From assembly GCA_965223865.1 (NCBI GenBank), contig OZ245020.1:288001-352000 (forward strand): 64,000 bases of DNA, read 5' to 3'. This DNA is from Nitrosarchaeum sp. GTDB lineage: Archaea > Thermoproteota > Nitrososphaeria > Nitrososphaerales > Nitrosopumilaceae. Of the stretch, positions 30,777-40,237 are shown piece after piece (the stretch's first letter is position 1; every line of letters starts with the position of its first letter). A model generated the notes under the pieces. The model saw only the letters and a program-made list of their open reading frames with translations. It was not told the DNA's origin and did no database searches. The translations under genes and the position numbers were made by a program.

Positions 30777-31427
30777 CTACTCAAAGGTAGAAGTAGAGGA
30801 TTGAGACGAAAGTCCTGTTGGTGATGGAACAGATGGGAATTTGTCTCCTATCTGTTGCTCAGCTACTGCAGATGCTTCTTGTAGAATCTTTTCAGTTTCT
30901 TCACTTGAAACATCAGACTCCATGCTAAATGAGTCTCCTGCAAGAGAATCCATCATAAGTCCATTGAGTGTCTGGGTCATGGTATTCAATTCTGAATCTG
31001 CTTCCGGCATGAATCTTCCTAGTGATGACTTTAATCCCTTCATTGTAGACATCGCTGGTCCAATTGCTACCATAGCATCGCCAAGATCGTGAATAGTTGT
31101 CAGTCTAAGTTGGACTTGTTCCAATGACATTCTTGCATTGCCGAGCATCTTTGTAACTTTACGAATTTCAGCTAATTCGTTAGACAAAACTCTACTTGTG
31201 CTAGTATCATGTTGCTGCATTGCTGTCACGACTCTCTGAAAGAGTTGCGCATCTCTTTCGTGCAGTTTACCTAACATAGAGTCCATTTTGGAGATTTGGA
31301 CCTGTAGTTTGTTTACTGCAGTTTGAATTCGTGGTTTTAATGCACCTTGAGGCTTTACTGCTTCACGGAGTTTGCCAGTTACGCTTTGGGTCTCTTGACG
31401 AGCCCAAGTCTTGTCGAAGTTTGGCAT
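30777..31427 (-). CDS. cdvB: ESCRT-III/Snf7 cell-division protein CdvB paralogue
   Basis: Helical hairpin, NELAEIRK, LEQVQLRL, EKILQEA..VAE; clearly paralogous to 55790..56437. Confidence 0.88.
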   Translation of the reverse strand: MPNFDKTWARQETQSVTGKLREAVKPQGALKPRIQTAVNKLQVQISKMDSMLGKLHERDAQLFQRVVTAMQQHDTSTSRVLSNELAEIRKVTKMLGNARMSLEQVQLRLTTIHDLGDAMVAIGPAMSTMKGLKSSLGRFMPEADSELNTMTQTLNGLMMDSLAGDSFSMESDVSSEETEKILQEASAVAEQQIGDKFPSVPSPTGLSSQSSTSTFE

Positions 31428-31450
31428 GGTTGTTGATTTAAAAAAAAGCT

Positions 31451-31502
31451 CTTAATGGACGGTGTATATTTAGATCGACTTTAGACTAAATTTAGCTAAC
31501 AA
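31451..31502 (-). promoter_or_regulatory. cdvB promoter: ATTAAG (-29..-24), ACAC (-38..-35), TTGTTAGnnAAATTT (-75..-61)
   Basis: Same three elements at identical offsets upstream of the second cdvB paralogue. Confidence 0.6.
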
Positions 31503-31531
31503 ACTATATTCAAGATTTCCAGAGGTGGATT

Positions 31532-32302
31532 ATGGCTAGAATTGCAGTTTTTGACTCTGGATTGGGCTCATTATCGATTATTAAAGAGATACAAAAAATA
31601 TCTAAAGTAGAAATTATTTACTTTGGAGACCAGGAAAATTTCCCGTATGGAAAAAAATCAAAGTCAGAGCTGAAAAAAATTATTGAAAAATCAATCAAAG
31701 TCATTAATGATAATTTTTCTCCGGATTTGATAGTTGTAGGTTCAAACACTCCTACAATCATCTTAGATATAGAAAGTGAAAAAATTGTTGGAGTTAAACC
31801 TCCATTAAAGGAAGCTAGAAAAATTTCAAAAACAAAAAACATTGGAATACTTGGAACTGAATCTGCAATTCAAAGCAAAGAATTATCAAAATTTATCAAA
31901 GAATCAAATCTTGGTTCAAGTATAAAAATTCATAAAATTAATGGTTCAGGTTTAGTTGAACTTGTCGAATCTGGAAAATTTCTTACAGATAAATTATTGT
32001 GTCAACAGATTATTAAAAAAGGATTAGAAGAAATGTTAGCCAAAAAAAATATTGATGTTATAACCTTATCAAGTACACATCTACCATTTTTAAAAACTAT
32101 GTTAGAAAGACAATTTCCAAAAATAACTTTTATTGATCCAGCAAATTCAATCGCGAAGAAAGTTTATCAAAAAATTAAAAGTAATCAAGAAAACCAAAAT
32201 AAATTAAAAATATTTAGTTCAGGAGATGTAAAAAAATTTCAAAAAAATCTTTACAAACTCGGAATAAAAAACAAAGTTAACTTTTTGTCGATTTCGTCTT
32301 AG
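31532..32302 (+). CDS. Glutamate racemase (MurI)-like protein, catalytic Cys pair replaced by Ser
   Basis: VFDSGLGSLS, DQENFPYG.KS, GSNT (canonical ACNT), LSSTH (canonical LGCTH). Confidence 0.8.
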   Translation: MARIAVFDSGLGSLSIIKEIQKISKVEIIYFGDQENFPYGKKSKSELKKIIEKSIKVINDNFSPDLIVVGSNTPTIILDIESEKIVGVKPPLKEARKISKTKNIGILGTESAIQSKELSKFIKESNLGSSIKIHKINGSGLVELVESGKFLTDKLLCQQIIKKGLEEMLAKKNIDVITLSSTHLPFLKTMLERQFPKITFIDPANSIAKKVYQKIKSNQENQNKLKIFSSGDVKKFQKNLYKLGIKNKVNFLSISS

Positions 32303-33053
32303 ATTTTCTATGTCCATGACTAAATGTTTTATCATAGAGCTTAGAATACTCATACGATTTTGGCTGAATTACATCACTAATTATTATAATTGCAGTTCGG
32401 GTAATTTTTTCATCATAAATTTTTTTTACAATGTCATTTAATGTTCCTTTGATTATCTTTTGATCATCCCAGGATGCTCTATAAACTACAGCTACTGGAG
32501 TTGATTTTTTGTAACCTCCAGATATTGCTTCAGTTACAAGCTTGGGCAGGAGATGTACGCTAAGATAGAAGATCAATGTTGCTTTGTGTTTAGCAAGCTC
32601 TGAAATTTTTTCACGTTTTGGTACTTTAGTTCTAGATTCTGCTCTTGTTAGAATTATTGTTTGAGTTATACCAGGAAGTGTTAACTGGGTCCCAAGTGCA
32701 GCAGCCGAGGCCAAAAATGCTGTAACTCCAGGAACAACTGTGGATTTGATGCCTTTTTTCTCTAAATTATCAATCTGTTCTTTAATTGCCCCATAAATTG
32801 ACGGATCACCGTCGTGTAATCTTACAACTATTTTTTCTTTTTTTGCATTTTTGTACAGCAAATCAAAAATTTCCTCTCTTACCAATTTTGCAGCATCATA
32901 GAGTTTGCCCTTTTTACAAAGTTTCAAAATAGGTTGAGGAATTAATGAACCTGAATAAACTACAACATCTGCTTTTTGAATCAGTTTTTTGGCCTTAATT
33001 GTGATAAGTTCAGGATCGCCAGGACCACATCCAACAAAAAAAACATTAGACAC
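32277..33053 (-). CDS. cbiF: Cobalt-precorrin-4 C11-methyltransferase
   Basis: GPGDPELIT, YSGSL, RLHDGDPSIYGAI.EQ, SKLYD..FSH. Confidence 0.95.
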   Translation of the reverse strand: MSNVFFVGCGPGDPELITIKAKKLIQKADVVVYSGSLIPQPILKLCKKGKLYDAAKLVREEIFDLLYKNAKKEKIVVRLHDGDPSIYGAIKEQIDNLEKKGIKSTVVPGVTAFLASAAALGTQLTLPGITQTIILTRAESRTKVPKREKISELAKHKATLIFYLSVHLLPKLVTEAISGGYKKSTPVAVVYRASWDDQKIIKGTLNDIVKKIYDEKITRTAIIIISDVIQPKSYEYSKLYDKTFSHGHRKSKTKSTKS

Positions 33054-33768
33054 GCTTTATCACCAATATTGAAAAATATTTTGTAGTTAATGTGTCATCA
33101 TTAACTTCACCTAGCTTCATTTTTTTAATAACCTCATTTTCAGTCCCAAGATCCTGTCCTATCGCAAATATTGAATCATTTGGAAAACCTGATTCTTTTA
33201 ACAACTCTATTACTTGATCAAAATATCTACCATCTTTAAGAAATATCATAGTCTCAGAATTTTTTGCAATTTCTTTTACTGTAGTTAAGTCATAACAAGA
33301 GGGAATTATTGATACTTTTTCTGCACCTTCAGCAATACTGACTCCAACTTTGGAGGCAAAAGTAAACATTGAAACAATTCCAGGGATAACACTAATTTTC
33401 ATTTTTGGGTATTTTTCTTCAATTTCTCTATGCATGTATATCCATGTGCTGTATAGATATGGATCACCAACAGTAAGATAAACAACATTGTTACCAGACA
33501 AAACTTTTTCAGCCATTATCTTTGCATTTTTTTTCCAAGTTTTGACTAGAATATCTTTGTCTTTGGTCATTGGAAAAATTAGTTTAATGATTTTTTGATT
33601 TTTTGATTTTTCAATTAATGAAGAAACCACAGAGAGAGCTATACTCGGTCTATCTTCTTTAGAAGCTGGACACATAATGACATCAGCATTTTGGATTGCC
33701 TTTACTGCCTTGACAGTAAGAAGTTCAGGATCGCCAGGACCAACACCAATTCCAACTAATTCAGGCAT
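33046..33768 (-). CDS. cbiL: Cobalt-precorrin-2 C20-methyltransferase
   Basis: GVGPGDPELLT.KA, FPMTKD, GDPYLYST, YFS. Confidence 0.93.
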   Translation of the reverse strand: MPELVGIGVGPGDPELLTVKAVKAIQNADVIMCPASKEDRPSIALSVVSSLIEKSKNQKIIKLIFPMTKDKDILVKTWKKNAKIMAEKVLSGNNVVYLTVGDPYLYSTWIYMHREIEEKYPKMKISVIPGIVSMFTFASKVGVSIAEGAEKVSIIPSCYDLTTVKEIAKNSETMIFLKDGRYFDQVIELLKESGFPNDSIFAIGQDLGTENEVIKKMKLGEVNDDTLTTKYFSILVIKRV

Positions 33769-33804
33769 GAAAAGTATGATTTTCTTCCCAATTAAAAAGC
33801 TAGA

Positions 33805-34395
33805 TTATTTTTTTGTGGCAGAAATAATAGTTACTGGATTACGTGATAGCATCATAGTTCCAGTAGATGTTTTTCGGCTTTTTGATATTGTTACTTGTGT
33901 GATATCTACTGAATCAAAATCAAATTTGTTAAGAATTTGTAAAATTGAGTATAATGTTTCAATTAAAATTATTCCAATAACTATTCTGCCACCAGATTTC
34001 AATTTACTCTGGCATTTTTCTACAATTTCTTGTGAATCTCCCCCTGTGCCCCCAACAAAAATTACATCTGCCTTTTCTAAGTTCAAAATTTTTTCGGTTG
34101 CATTTCCATAAATCACTGTAACATTTGTTAGACCAAATTTTTCGATGTTTTTCTTTGTAAGATTCACTGCATTAGTATCATAATCGATTGCAACTACTTT
34201 TCCAGAACTTTCAACCTGTAAAGCAGATTCAATAGAAATAGAACCACTTCCACAACCAATATCATAAACAGTTTGTCCTGGACGTAATCTCCCTTTGCTG
34301 ATTTGAATAGTTCGAACTTCTTCTTTGGTGATTGGAACCTTCTCTGTTCGTTCAAATGCCTCATCTGGTATTCCGGGAGTTTTAAAATTCCACAT
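33805..34395 (-). CDS. cbiT: Cobalt-precorrin-6B C15-methyltransferase (decarboxylating)
   Basis: PGIPDE.F, PITKEEVR, DIGCGSGS, RNPV. Confidence 0.93.
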   Translation of the reverse strand: MWNFKTPGIPDEAFERTEKVPITKEEVRTIQISKGRLRPGQTVYDIGCGSGSISIESALQVESSGKVVAIDYDTNAVNLTKKNIEKFGLTNVTVIYGNATEKILNLEKADVIFVGGTGGDSQEIVEKCQSKLKSGGRIVIGIILIETLYSILQILNKFDFDSVDITQVTISKSRKTSTGTMMLSRNPVTIISATKK

Positions 34396-34419
34396 AAGAT
34401 TAGACCAACATTATTAGGA

Positions 34420-34908
34420 CTATGGCAGAGGCGAAGGAATTACTGTAGCTACATTACTTCCATGAACTAATGTATTAGTCAAAACCCAGACGAACAGGTA
34501 AATGAAAATATAACTTCCAATTGCTTGAGTAACAATTTTCTTCCTATCTGAAGATGGTAATTGTATTTTCATTCCTTTTGCAATTACTATAGTTACCATA
34601 AAGACTATAATCATAAATCCAATGGATGTCCATCTTTTTTCTTCCATGTTTGCTATATCATCAAAGATAAAAGTTGCAGCAGTACCTGCAATTACTGCAA
34701 AACCTACACGTAGCCAAAATAATTTGTTTAATTTTTTGTCTTTTTCACTCTTTTCAGCCTGATTTTCAACGGGTACAGAGGGTGGATTATCAGGTTCTTT
34801 GGATTCTATAGGCTCTGTTTCAGGAATTTCTTTTTCCTCAACTGGTTCTTTTTTAGAGTCATCAGGTCCAGGAGTGGGTTTGGATTTTTTCTTTTTGAAT
34901 TTGGCCAA
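34420..34908 (-). CDS. Membrane protein, three TM helices after a disordered charged N-terminus (possibly EMC6-like)
   Basis: LFWLRVGFAVIAG...YIFIYLFVWVL hydrophobic segments. Confidence 0.6.
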   Translation of the reverse strand: MAKFKKKKSKPTPGPDDSKKEPVEEKEIPETEPIESKEPDNPPSVPVENQAEKSEKDKKLNKLFWLRVGFAVIAGTAATFIFDDIANMEEKRWTSIGFMIIVFMVTIVIAKGMKIQLPSSDRKKIVTQAIGSYIFIYLFVWVLTNTLVHGSNVATVIPSPLP

Positions 34909-35007
34909 GTGAATTTCTAGCCTGACTCAACCAAGCCTCGTTTAAAATCTTTGGTCACTAATGAAACCATAATTATAGCAAGAGTATAATTTCAGTCACA
35001 AAAAAAC

Positions 35008-36930
35008 TTGGTTATGCCACTTGCGGGAATTGAACTTCGTTATCTAGTGGATCAAATCACAAAAGAGGTTCAAGATTACTATGTAAGTAACATTTATGGA
35101 ATTACAAAAGACAGTATTCTATTCAAGTTACATCATACTGAAAAACCAGATATTTTCATGATGGTCTCAACCGTTGGAGTTTGGCTAACCTCAGTTAAAA
35201 TAGATCAGATGGAGCCAAACCGACTACAAAAAAGATTAAGAAATGATCTTCTCCGATTAAAATTAAAGAAGATAGAGCAAATAGGTGCAGAAAGGGTAGC
35301 ATATTTTACTTTTGCAGGATTTGATAAAGAATTCGTTATTGTTGGAGAATTTTTTGGCGATGGAAATATTTTACTCTGTAACAACAAAATGAAGATTTTA
35401 GCATTACAACATTCAATTGATGTAAGACATAGAAAATTGGGAGTGGGTTTAGAATATGTCCCTCCACCAACAATCGGATTAGATATTTTTAATATTTCTG
35501 AATCAGATTTTGATGAAGTTAGAACATCTGATTTGGTTTGTGTAAAATGGATCGGAAGAACATTAGGTTTGCCTAAAAAATATGCAGAAGGAATTTTTGA
35601 AATTGCCAAAATTGATTCAAAAAAATTGTGCAATGAGTTGACTGATGAAGAAATAAAAAAAATTTATGAGGTTACAAAAAAAATTGTTACAGACGTTAAA
35701 ACAGGAAAACATGAACCAATCATAGTTCAAAATGAAAAAACAGAAGTTTTGCCTATTAATTTAAGTAAATTAGGAGAAAATGTAACTCGAGTCAATAGTT
35801 TCATTGAGGGATTAGATACTGTTTTTACAGAAAATCTTGTTGAAGCAGGAAAATCAATCCAATCAAGTAGTTCTGAAAAAAAGATAAAAGAACTTGAAAG
35901 TCAAATTGCAGAACAAGAAAAGGCAGTTGAAACGGTTAAAGAAAAATCTAATCACATAACAAAAGTTGCAAATTCACTTTTTGAGATGGTATCAAAGGGA
36001 ATTTTGTCCATAGAAGATCCCAAGGCTCAGGATATACTAACGAATGTTAATTCAAAATTTACCAAAGAAAAAGGGATTTCATTAATTATTATTAATGACC
36101 AAAAAATTCAGATAAACTCTAAATCTCCATTACAATCTATTGCCTCAATTTTATTCAATGAGGCAAAGCGTCAATCTGGAGCAATAAAATCAATTGAACA
36201 AATTAAAGAAAAAACACTAGCAAAATTAGAAAAATTGCAAAATAAAAAAGAATTGGAAAAAAATATGATAATAGTATCTGATATTAGGAAAAAAAATTGG
36301 TATGAAAGATACAGGTGGTTTTTTACATCAGATGGATTGCTAGCAATTGGAGGCCGTGACGCAGCGTCAAATTCTGCTGTTGTAAGGAAACATCTTGGAA
36401 AAAATGATAAAATTTTTCATGGTGAGATTCATGGTTCTCCATTTTTTATTTTAAAGAATGCAGAAGAGCCTCCCATTTCAAGCATGAATGAAGTTGCACA
36501 TGCGACAGCATGTTTTAGCAGAGCATGGAGAGAGGGTATGCATGGTCTTAAAACATATTGGGTAAATCCAGACCAAGTAAAAAAATCAGCCCCAAGTGGA
36601 CAATTTCTTCCTAAGGGATCATTTACCATTGAAGGAAAAAGAAACTTTATTGGAGTTCCATCTTTAAAATTGGCGGTAGGAATAATTCCTCAGGAAGAAC
36701 ATTATCTCCTAACGTGCGGGCCTCCAGAACCAATCAAGATGAAATCAATATGTTATGCAATAATTGAACCACATGGTTCTGAGATGGTAGAGGTGGCAAA
36801 AAAGATCAAGATGGAATTTTCAAAGTTAGAAGAAGAAATTTCTAAAAATATTACGATAGATGATTTTGTTAGAGTTCTTCCTGCAGGACAAAGTCAAATT
36901 AAAGAAGTTGCTTTAGGAAATGCTTCGTAA
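35008..36930 (+). CDS. NFACT/Rqc2 (RqcH-like) ribosome quality-control protein
   Basis: EFFGDGNILL, coiled coil, KNWYERYRWFFTSDG, GGRDAASN, QVKKSAPSGQFLPKGSF. Confidence 0.92.
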   Translation: MVMPLAGIELRYLVDQITKEVQDYYVSNIYGITKDSILFKLHHTEKPDIFMMVSTVGVWLTSVKIDQMEPNRLQKRLRNDLLRLKLKKIEQIGAERVAYFTFAGFDKEFVIVGEFFGDGNILLCNNKMKILALQHSIDVRHRKLGVGLEYVPPPTIGLDIFNISESDFDEVRTSDLVCVKWIGRTLGLPKKYAEGIFEIAKIDSKKLCNELTDEEIKKIYEVTKKIVTDVKTGKHEPIIVQNEKTEVLPINLSKLGENVTRVNSFIEGLDTVFTENLVEAGKSIQSSSSEKKIKELESQIAEQEKAVETVKEKSNHITKVANSLFEMVSKGILSIEDPKAQDILTNVNSKFTKEKGISLIIINDQKIQINSKSPLQSIASILFNEAKRQSGAIKSIEQIKEKTLAKLEKLQNKKELEKNMIIVSDIRKKNWYERYRWFFTSDGLLAIGGRDAASNSAVVRKHLGKNDKIFHGEIHGSPFFILKNAEEPPISSMNEVAHATACFSRAWREGMHGLKTYWVNPDQVKKSAPSGQFLPKGSFTIEGKRNFIGVPSLKLAVGIIPQEEHYLLTCGPPEPIKMKSICYAIIEPHGSEMVEVAKKIKMEFSKLEEEISKNITIDDFVRVLPAGQSQIKEVALGNAS

Positions 36931-37411
36931 AAAAGAAATAACTTTTTTTGTTGATGCAATGTTAGGAAATATTGCTAAAAAATTAAGGCTGTTAGGATAT
37001 GATTCTAAATATTTTTCAGATATTGATGATGAACAACTTATTGGTATTGCAAAAAAAGAAGATAGAATAATAATTTCAAAAGATGAAAATCTTATCAAAA
37101 AGGCCAAAAAATTGGGGTTGAAACCCATCTTTATAATGGAAAACAAAGAGATAGAGCAGTTTCTTGAAATAATTAACCAAGTGAATTTGAATATTTCTCA
37201 AATAAGTGGCGATACTGCAAGATGTCCAAAATGTAATTCTTATACTGAACTAGTAGACAAAGAATTCATAAAAGAAAAAGTTCCACAGGGAGTATATCAA
37301 ATAAATGGAAAATTTTGGAGATGTGGTACCTGTAATCAAGTATATTGGGAAGGCACACATATTAAAAATCTTCAAAAATTTCTAGGTAAGATAAATGAAA
37401 GACTACAATAA
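36920..37411 (+). CDS. Mut7-C family PIN-like RNase with Zn ribbon
   Basis: VDAMLGNIAKKLRLLGYD, RCPKCN, C..C.QVYWEGTH. Confidence 0.9.
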   Translation: MLRKKEITFFVDAMLGNIAKKLRLLGYDSKYFSDIDDEQLIGIAKKEDRIIISKDENLIKKAKKLGLKPIFIMENKEIEQFLEIINQVNLNISQISGDTARCPKCNSYTELVDKEFIKEKVPQGVYQINGKFWRCGTCNQVYWEGTHIKNLQKFLGKINERLQ

Positions 37412-38006
37412 TCTATCAACAGAAGATGGTACGGTTCTAGTAAAAACCGCAAGAGATGTAGTTACTATGTATCTAAATACTGATTCGAAACTAAATCTAG
37501 AAAAACAATTCCAAGAAGATTTTTCTTTTAATTCTGGAATATTTGTAACATTGAATAACTCTTCGGGTTTAAGAGGTTGTATTGGATATCCTCTTCCTGA
37601 CAAAAAATTATTCAACGCATTAGAAGAAGCTGCAATTGCTGCTGCGACAGAAGATCCAAGATTTCCCCCGGTAAAATCTGAAGAACTAAAATCAATAAAA
37701 TTTGAAGTAACTATTCTAACTCCACCTGAAACAATTTTAGTTGATGAACCTGAAGAATATATTTCCAAGATAAAAGTAGGAAGAGATGGTCTTATTGTAA
37801 GAAATGGATTTAATTCAGGATTGCTTTTGCCTCAAGTGCCAGTAGAATACAATTGGAATGAAAAAGAGTTTTTGGAACACACATGTGAAAAAGCAGGATT
37901 ACCAAAAGATTATTGGAAGAACCCCAATACAGAAATTCAAAAATTTGAAGGAATTGTTTTCAAAGAAGAAAAACCAAATGGTCAAGTTATTCAAGAAAAG
38001 ATATAG
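37395..38006 (+). CDS. AMMECR1-domain protein
   Basis: GIFVTL, LRGCIG, DPRFPPV, GRDGL, GLLLPQV, CEKAGL. Confidence 0.93.
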   Translation: MKDYNNLSTEDGTVLVKTARDVVTMYLNTDSKLNLEKQFQEDFSFNSGIFVTLNNSSGLRGCIGYPLPDKKLFNALEEAAIAAATEDPRFPPVKSEELKSIKFEVTILTPPETILVDEPEEYISKIKVGRDGLIVRNGFNSGLLLPQVPVEYNWNEKEFLEHTCEKAGLPKDYWKNPNTEIQKFEGIVFKEEKPNGQVIQEKI

Positions 38007-38379
38007 GATTTGAAGATTCTGTATCTATAGAGACTTTTTGTCCATTTTGAAATGAAGAAAATTCTTCATCATTTATTAAAACAAGTGGAATATTTGCAAG
38101 AGCACATCCTGTTGCAACAGTAAGATCAGCTTTTTGGCAAATCATTGCAAGAGGAGCAGAATTATTGGATTTAACAGAATAGATAGTATATGCACCTACA
38201 CTACTTCCTATACCAGAAGGAAAAACTAGGACAGTGTTTTTGATTGATTTTTCATATAATTCATGATTTTTATCGCTAATTATTCCGGTTTTTTTGTCAA
38301 CCGTGCCTAGAAAATTAATGGGATCATTAGATTTGAGAATAATTCCTTGAGTTTTTCCTTTTACAAGAATTTTTTTCAT
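37987..38379 (-). CDS. Aconitase X swivel subunit (putative phosphomevalonate dehydratase small subunit)
   Basis: PINFLGTVD..TG.I.D..H, GSSVG. Confidence 0.88.
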   Translation of the reverse strand: MKKILVKGKTQGIILKSNDPINFLGTVDKKTGIISDKNHELYEKSIKNTVLVFPSGIGSSVGAYTIYSVKSNNSAPLAMICQKADLTVATGCALANIPLVLINDEEFSSFQNGQKVSIDTESSNPISFLE

Positions 38380-39536
38380 TTTGTTTCGTCTTCAACTATT
38401 TGCGAAAGTGGTTTAAGATTTACACCTACACCATTTGAATTGTTGAGGTAAAATGCACCTTTGATGCTGTTAGTAGTTACTGCATCAATATCATCTTTAC
38501 TAATTAATGGGGTAAGACAAGTACAACAATCAGAAAGAATTTCACATCCTGCTCTTTCAAGCTCATTTGTATAACCAATTTTTCTTGCTTGTTCTTTAAC
38601 AGATCTTGGGCAAAATATCATACATCTCTTTTTGAAAGATCTTCCTTTGAGTTTGCTGGCAAGATCAGAAATTTCTTCAATTCCTAATTGAGGACTGCCA
38701 AGTGTAATTAGATCACCTTTTTCAGCAGTATTTAGTTCATCATGAACATTCTGCATCTCCTTTTGGTCAAAATCTACTTTTTCACAATTAGTATCACCAT
38801 CATCAAAAATGAATTTTGCACATGTGCCAGATGTCCCCATTCCACCACATATGGCTTTACAACTTCGCCTATCCATTTCTCCAACTCCAGAAATGTTCAC
38901 TGAATTGTTTCCTACTTTGCCAGCAAAGAATCCGAGCATTCCGTAAGTTAACTCATTTGGATTGTCCACTCTCATTCTAATTGTAAGGTTAGGTGAGTCT
39001 TCCTTTCGTAGTGAAGAGTAGGGACTCTTTCCTGTAATTGCACTGGCAAGTGCGCTAAAGGCACTTTCTTTGTTTGTTTTTAGATTATCAAAAGAGTTTG
39101 CATGAATTGCGGCATTGCTTTCTGCAAATGATACTTGAGTTCCTTCTTTTGGAATATCAAAAATTTCATATGGAATACATGAGAATGAAGGAGTTACCCC
39201 CATTGTTTCATATGAATTTTTGATAGATAATTGCTTTGAGATAAAATTTTCATCTAAACCATAATTGGAGACATTGTCAATATCAAATCCCATGGGATTT
39301 AGAGTGGTCTTTACCTTAACTCTAGCCTCTTTACTTATACTTGCCAAAAATTCTTCACCCGCATCACCAATTGTGTTGTAATTTACGCCTGAAAGATGAG
39401 CCCACTCTATAGGAATTAGTTTCTCAGCGTCAGTTGCCTCTCCTGTTGCAACCAATATTCTATAGGCCATCTGCATAATTTCACCTTGCTCACCTTTTAG
39501 TGCAGATTCTTCTTCTCTTGTTAGCTCCACTAGCAC
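38376..39536 (-). CDS. Aconitase X catalytic subunit (putative phosphomevalonate dehydratase large subunit)
   Basis: AHLSGVNY.TIGDAG, SCIPY, AESNA, LGSPQ, DCC, TNS.KGAFY. Confidence 0.88.
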   Translation of the reverse strand: MLVELTREEESALKGEQGEIMQMAYRILVATGEATDAEKLIPIEWAHLSGVNYNTIGDAGEEFLASISKEARVKVKTTLNPMGFDIDNVSNYGLDENFISKQLSIKNSYETMGVTPSFSCIPYEIFDIPKEGTQVSFAESNAAIHANSFDNLKTNKESAFSALASAITGKSPYSSLRKEDSPNLTIRMRVDNPNELTYGMLGFFAGKVGNNSVNISGVGEMDRRSCKAICGGMGTSGTCAKFIFDDGDTNCEKVDFDQKEMQNVHDELNTAEKGDLITLGSPQLGIEEISDLASKLKGRSFKKRCMIFCPRSVKEQARKIGYTNELERAGCEILSDCCTCLTPLISKDDIDAVTTNSIKGAFYLNNSNGVGVNLKPLSQIVEDETK

Positions 39537-39583
39537 TAGTTGATTATTACAGATATAATACTTGTACGTAAAATTTCATAGAG

Positions 39584-40237
39584 ATGAAAAAGATTCTGCG
39601 AGGAATGATAGATACTATGAATTCTGTAAAACCACCTAGGATGACTGCATTAAGAGAACTTCATGAAGCTGAAACAGGAAATCCATTTAGTATTTTAATT
39701 GGTACAATTTTATCTGCTAGAACTAAGGATGAAAATACCACAAAAGTTGTCAAAGTATTATTTGTAAAATACAAGAATGCAAAAGAACTTGCGGAGGCTA
39801 AAATTAGAGATGTTGAGAAAATTATAAAGTCAATTGGTTTCTATCATGTTAAATCAAAGAGAATAATTGAAGTTGCAAAGATTATTGATTCAAAATATAA
39901 TGGTAAAGTTCCAGATAACATGGATGAATTAGTAGAATTACCAGGAGTTGGACGAAAGACTGCAAACTGTGTATTAGTCTACGCATTTGAAAAACCTGCA
40001 ATACCTGTTGATATTCATGTGCATAGAATTTCAAATAGACTAGGTTTGGTTGAAACAAAAACACCAGAAGAAACGGAACAAGATCTTATGAAGAAAATTC
40101 CGAAAAAATATTGGATTGATATTAATGATACATTTGTGATGTATGGCCAAAATATTTGCAAGCCAGTCTCTCCAATGTGTGATGTTTGTAAAATAAAAAA
40201 GAACTGTAAATTCTACAAAACTAGGAACGTTTCTTAG
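39584..40237 (+). CDS. nth: Endonuclease III
   Basis: ILSART, LPGVGRKTAN, VDIHVHR, C-x6-C-x2-C-x5-C. Confidence 0.95.
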   Translation: MKKILRGMIDTMNSVKPPRMTALRELHEAETGNPFSILIGTILSARTKDENTTKVVKVLFVKYKNAKELAEAKIRDVEKIIKSIGFYHVKSKRIIEVAKIIDSKYNGKVPDNMDELVELPGVGRKTANCVLVYAFEKPAIPVDIHVHRISNRLGLVETKTPEETEQDLMKKIPKKYWIDINDTFVMYGQNICKPVSPMCDVCKIKKNCKFYKTRNVS

